Program-made: the position numbers and the translations under genes | The notes under the pieces: generated by a model | What the model was told of the DNA's origin: nothing | Databases searched by the model: none | What the model saw: the letters and a program-made list of their open reading frames with translations, nothing else | Shown: positions 63,997 through 64,000 of the stretch, piece by piece | Position numbering within the stretch: position 1 is the stretch's first letter | How the letters are laid out: each line of letters begins with the position of its first letter | Source of the DNA: Octopus vulgaris | Taxonomy: Eukaryota | Length of the DNA: 64,000 nt | Direction of reading: 5' to 3' | Assembly (NCBI GenBank): GCA_951406725.2 | Contig: OX597838.1 | Span: 35,216,001 to 35,280,000, forward strand

Positions 63997-64000
63997 GAAC

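Overview
Eukaryotic, AT-rich, repeat-saturated genomic DNA. The SINE repertoire and microsatellite density most resemble an octopus (coleoid cephalopod) genome; this is an inference from recalled family features, not a database match. I find no intact protein-coding gene, and nearly all ORFs in the supplied track are microsatellite or SINE artefacts. The window is probably intronic or intergenic. It holds several tRNA-derived SINE families (working labels A, B, C, D, G), RTE 3'-end copies (labels E, F), and relics of RTE, CR1, R4/Dong-like and Hero-like non-LTR elements. It also holds Penelope-type fragments with minimal hammerhead motifs, decayed Tigger and Tc1 transposases, TTAA and hAT MITEs, non-autonomous Helitrons and a decayed initiator-Met tRNA. 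Most notable: (1) four of seven young D SINEs sit antisense inside older relatives, each with a target-site duplication (TSD); (2) a ~430-bp, ~97% identical inverted repeat at 28.7-30.3 kb; (3) an 84-bp-arm hairpin whose loop is copied from downstream DNA; (4) RTE 3'UTR copies that truncate repeatedly at one hairpin; (5) extensive head/tail module swapping among SINEs and Helitrons. All alignments, counts and identities were done by eye.
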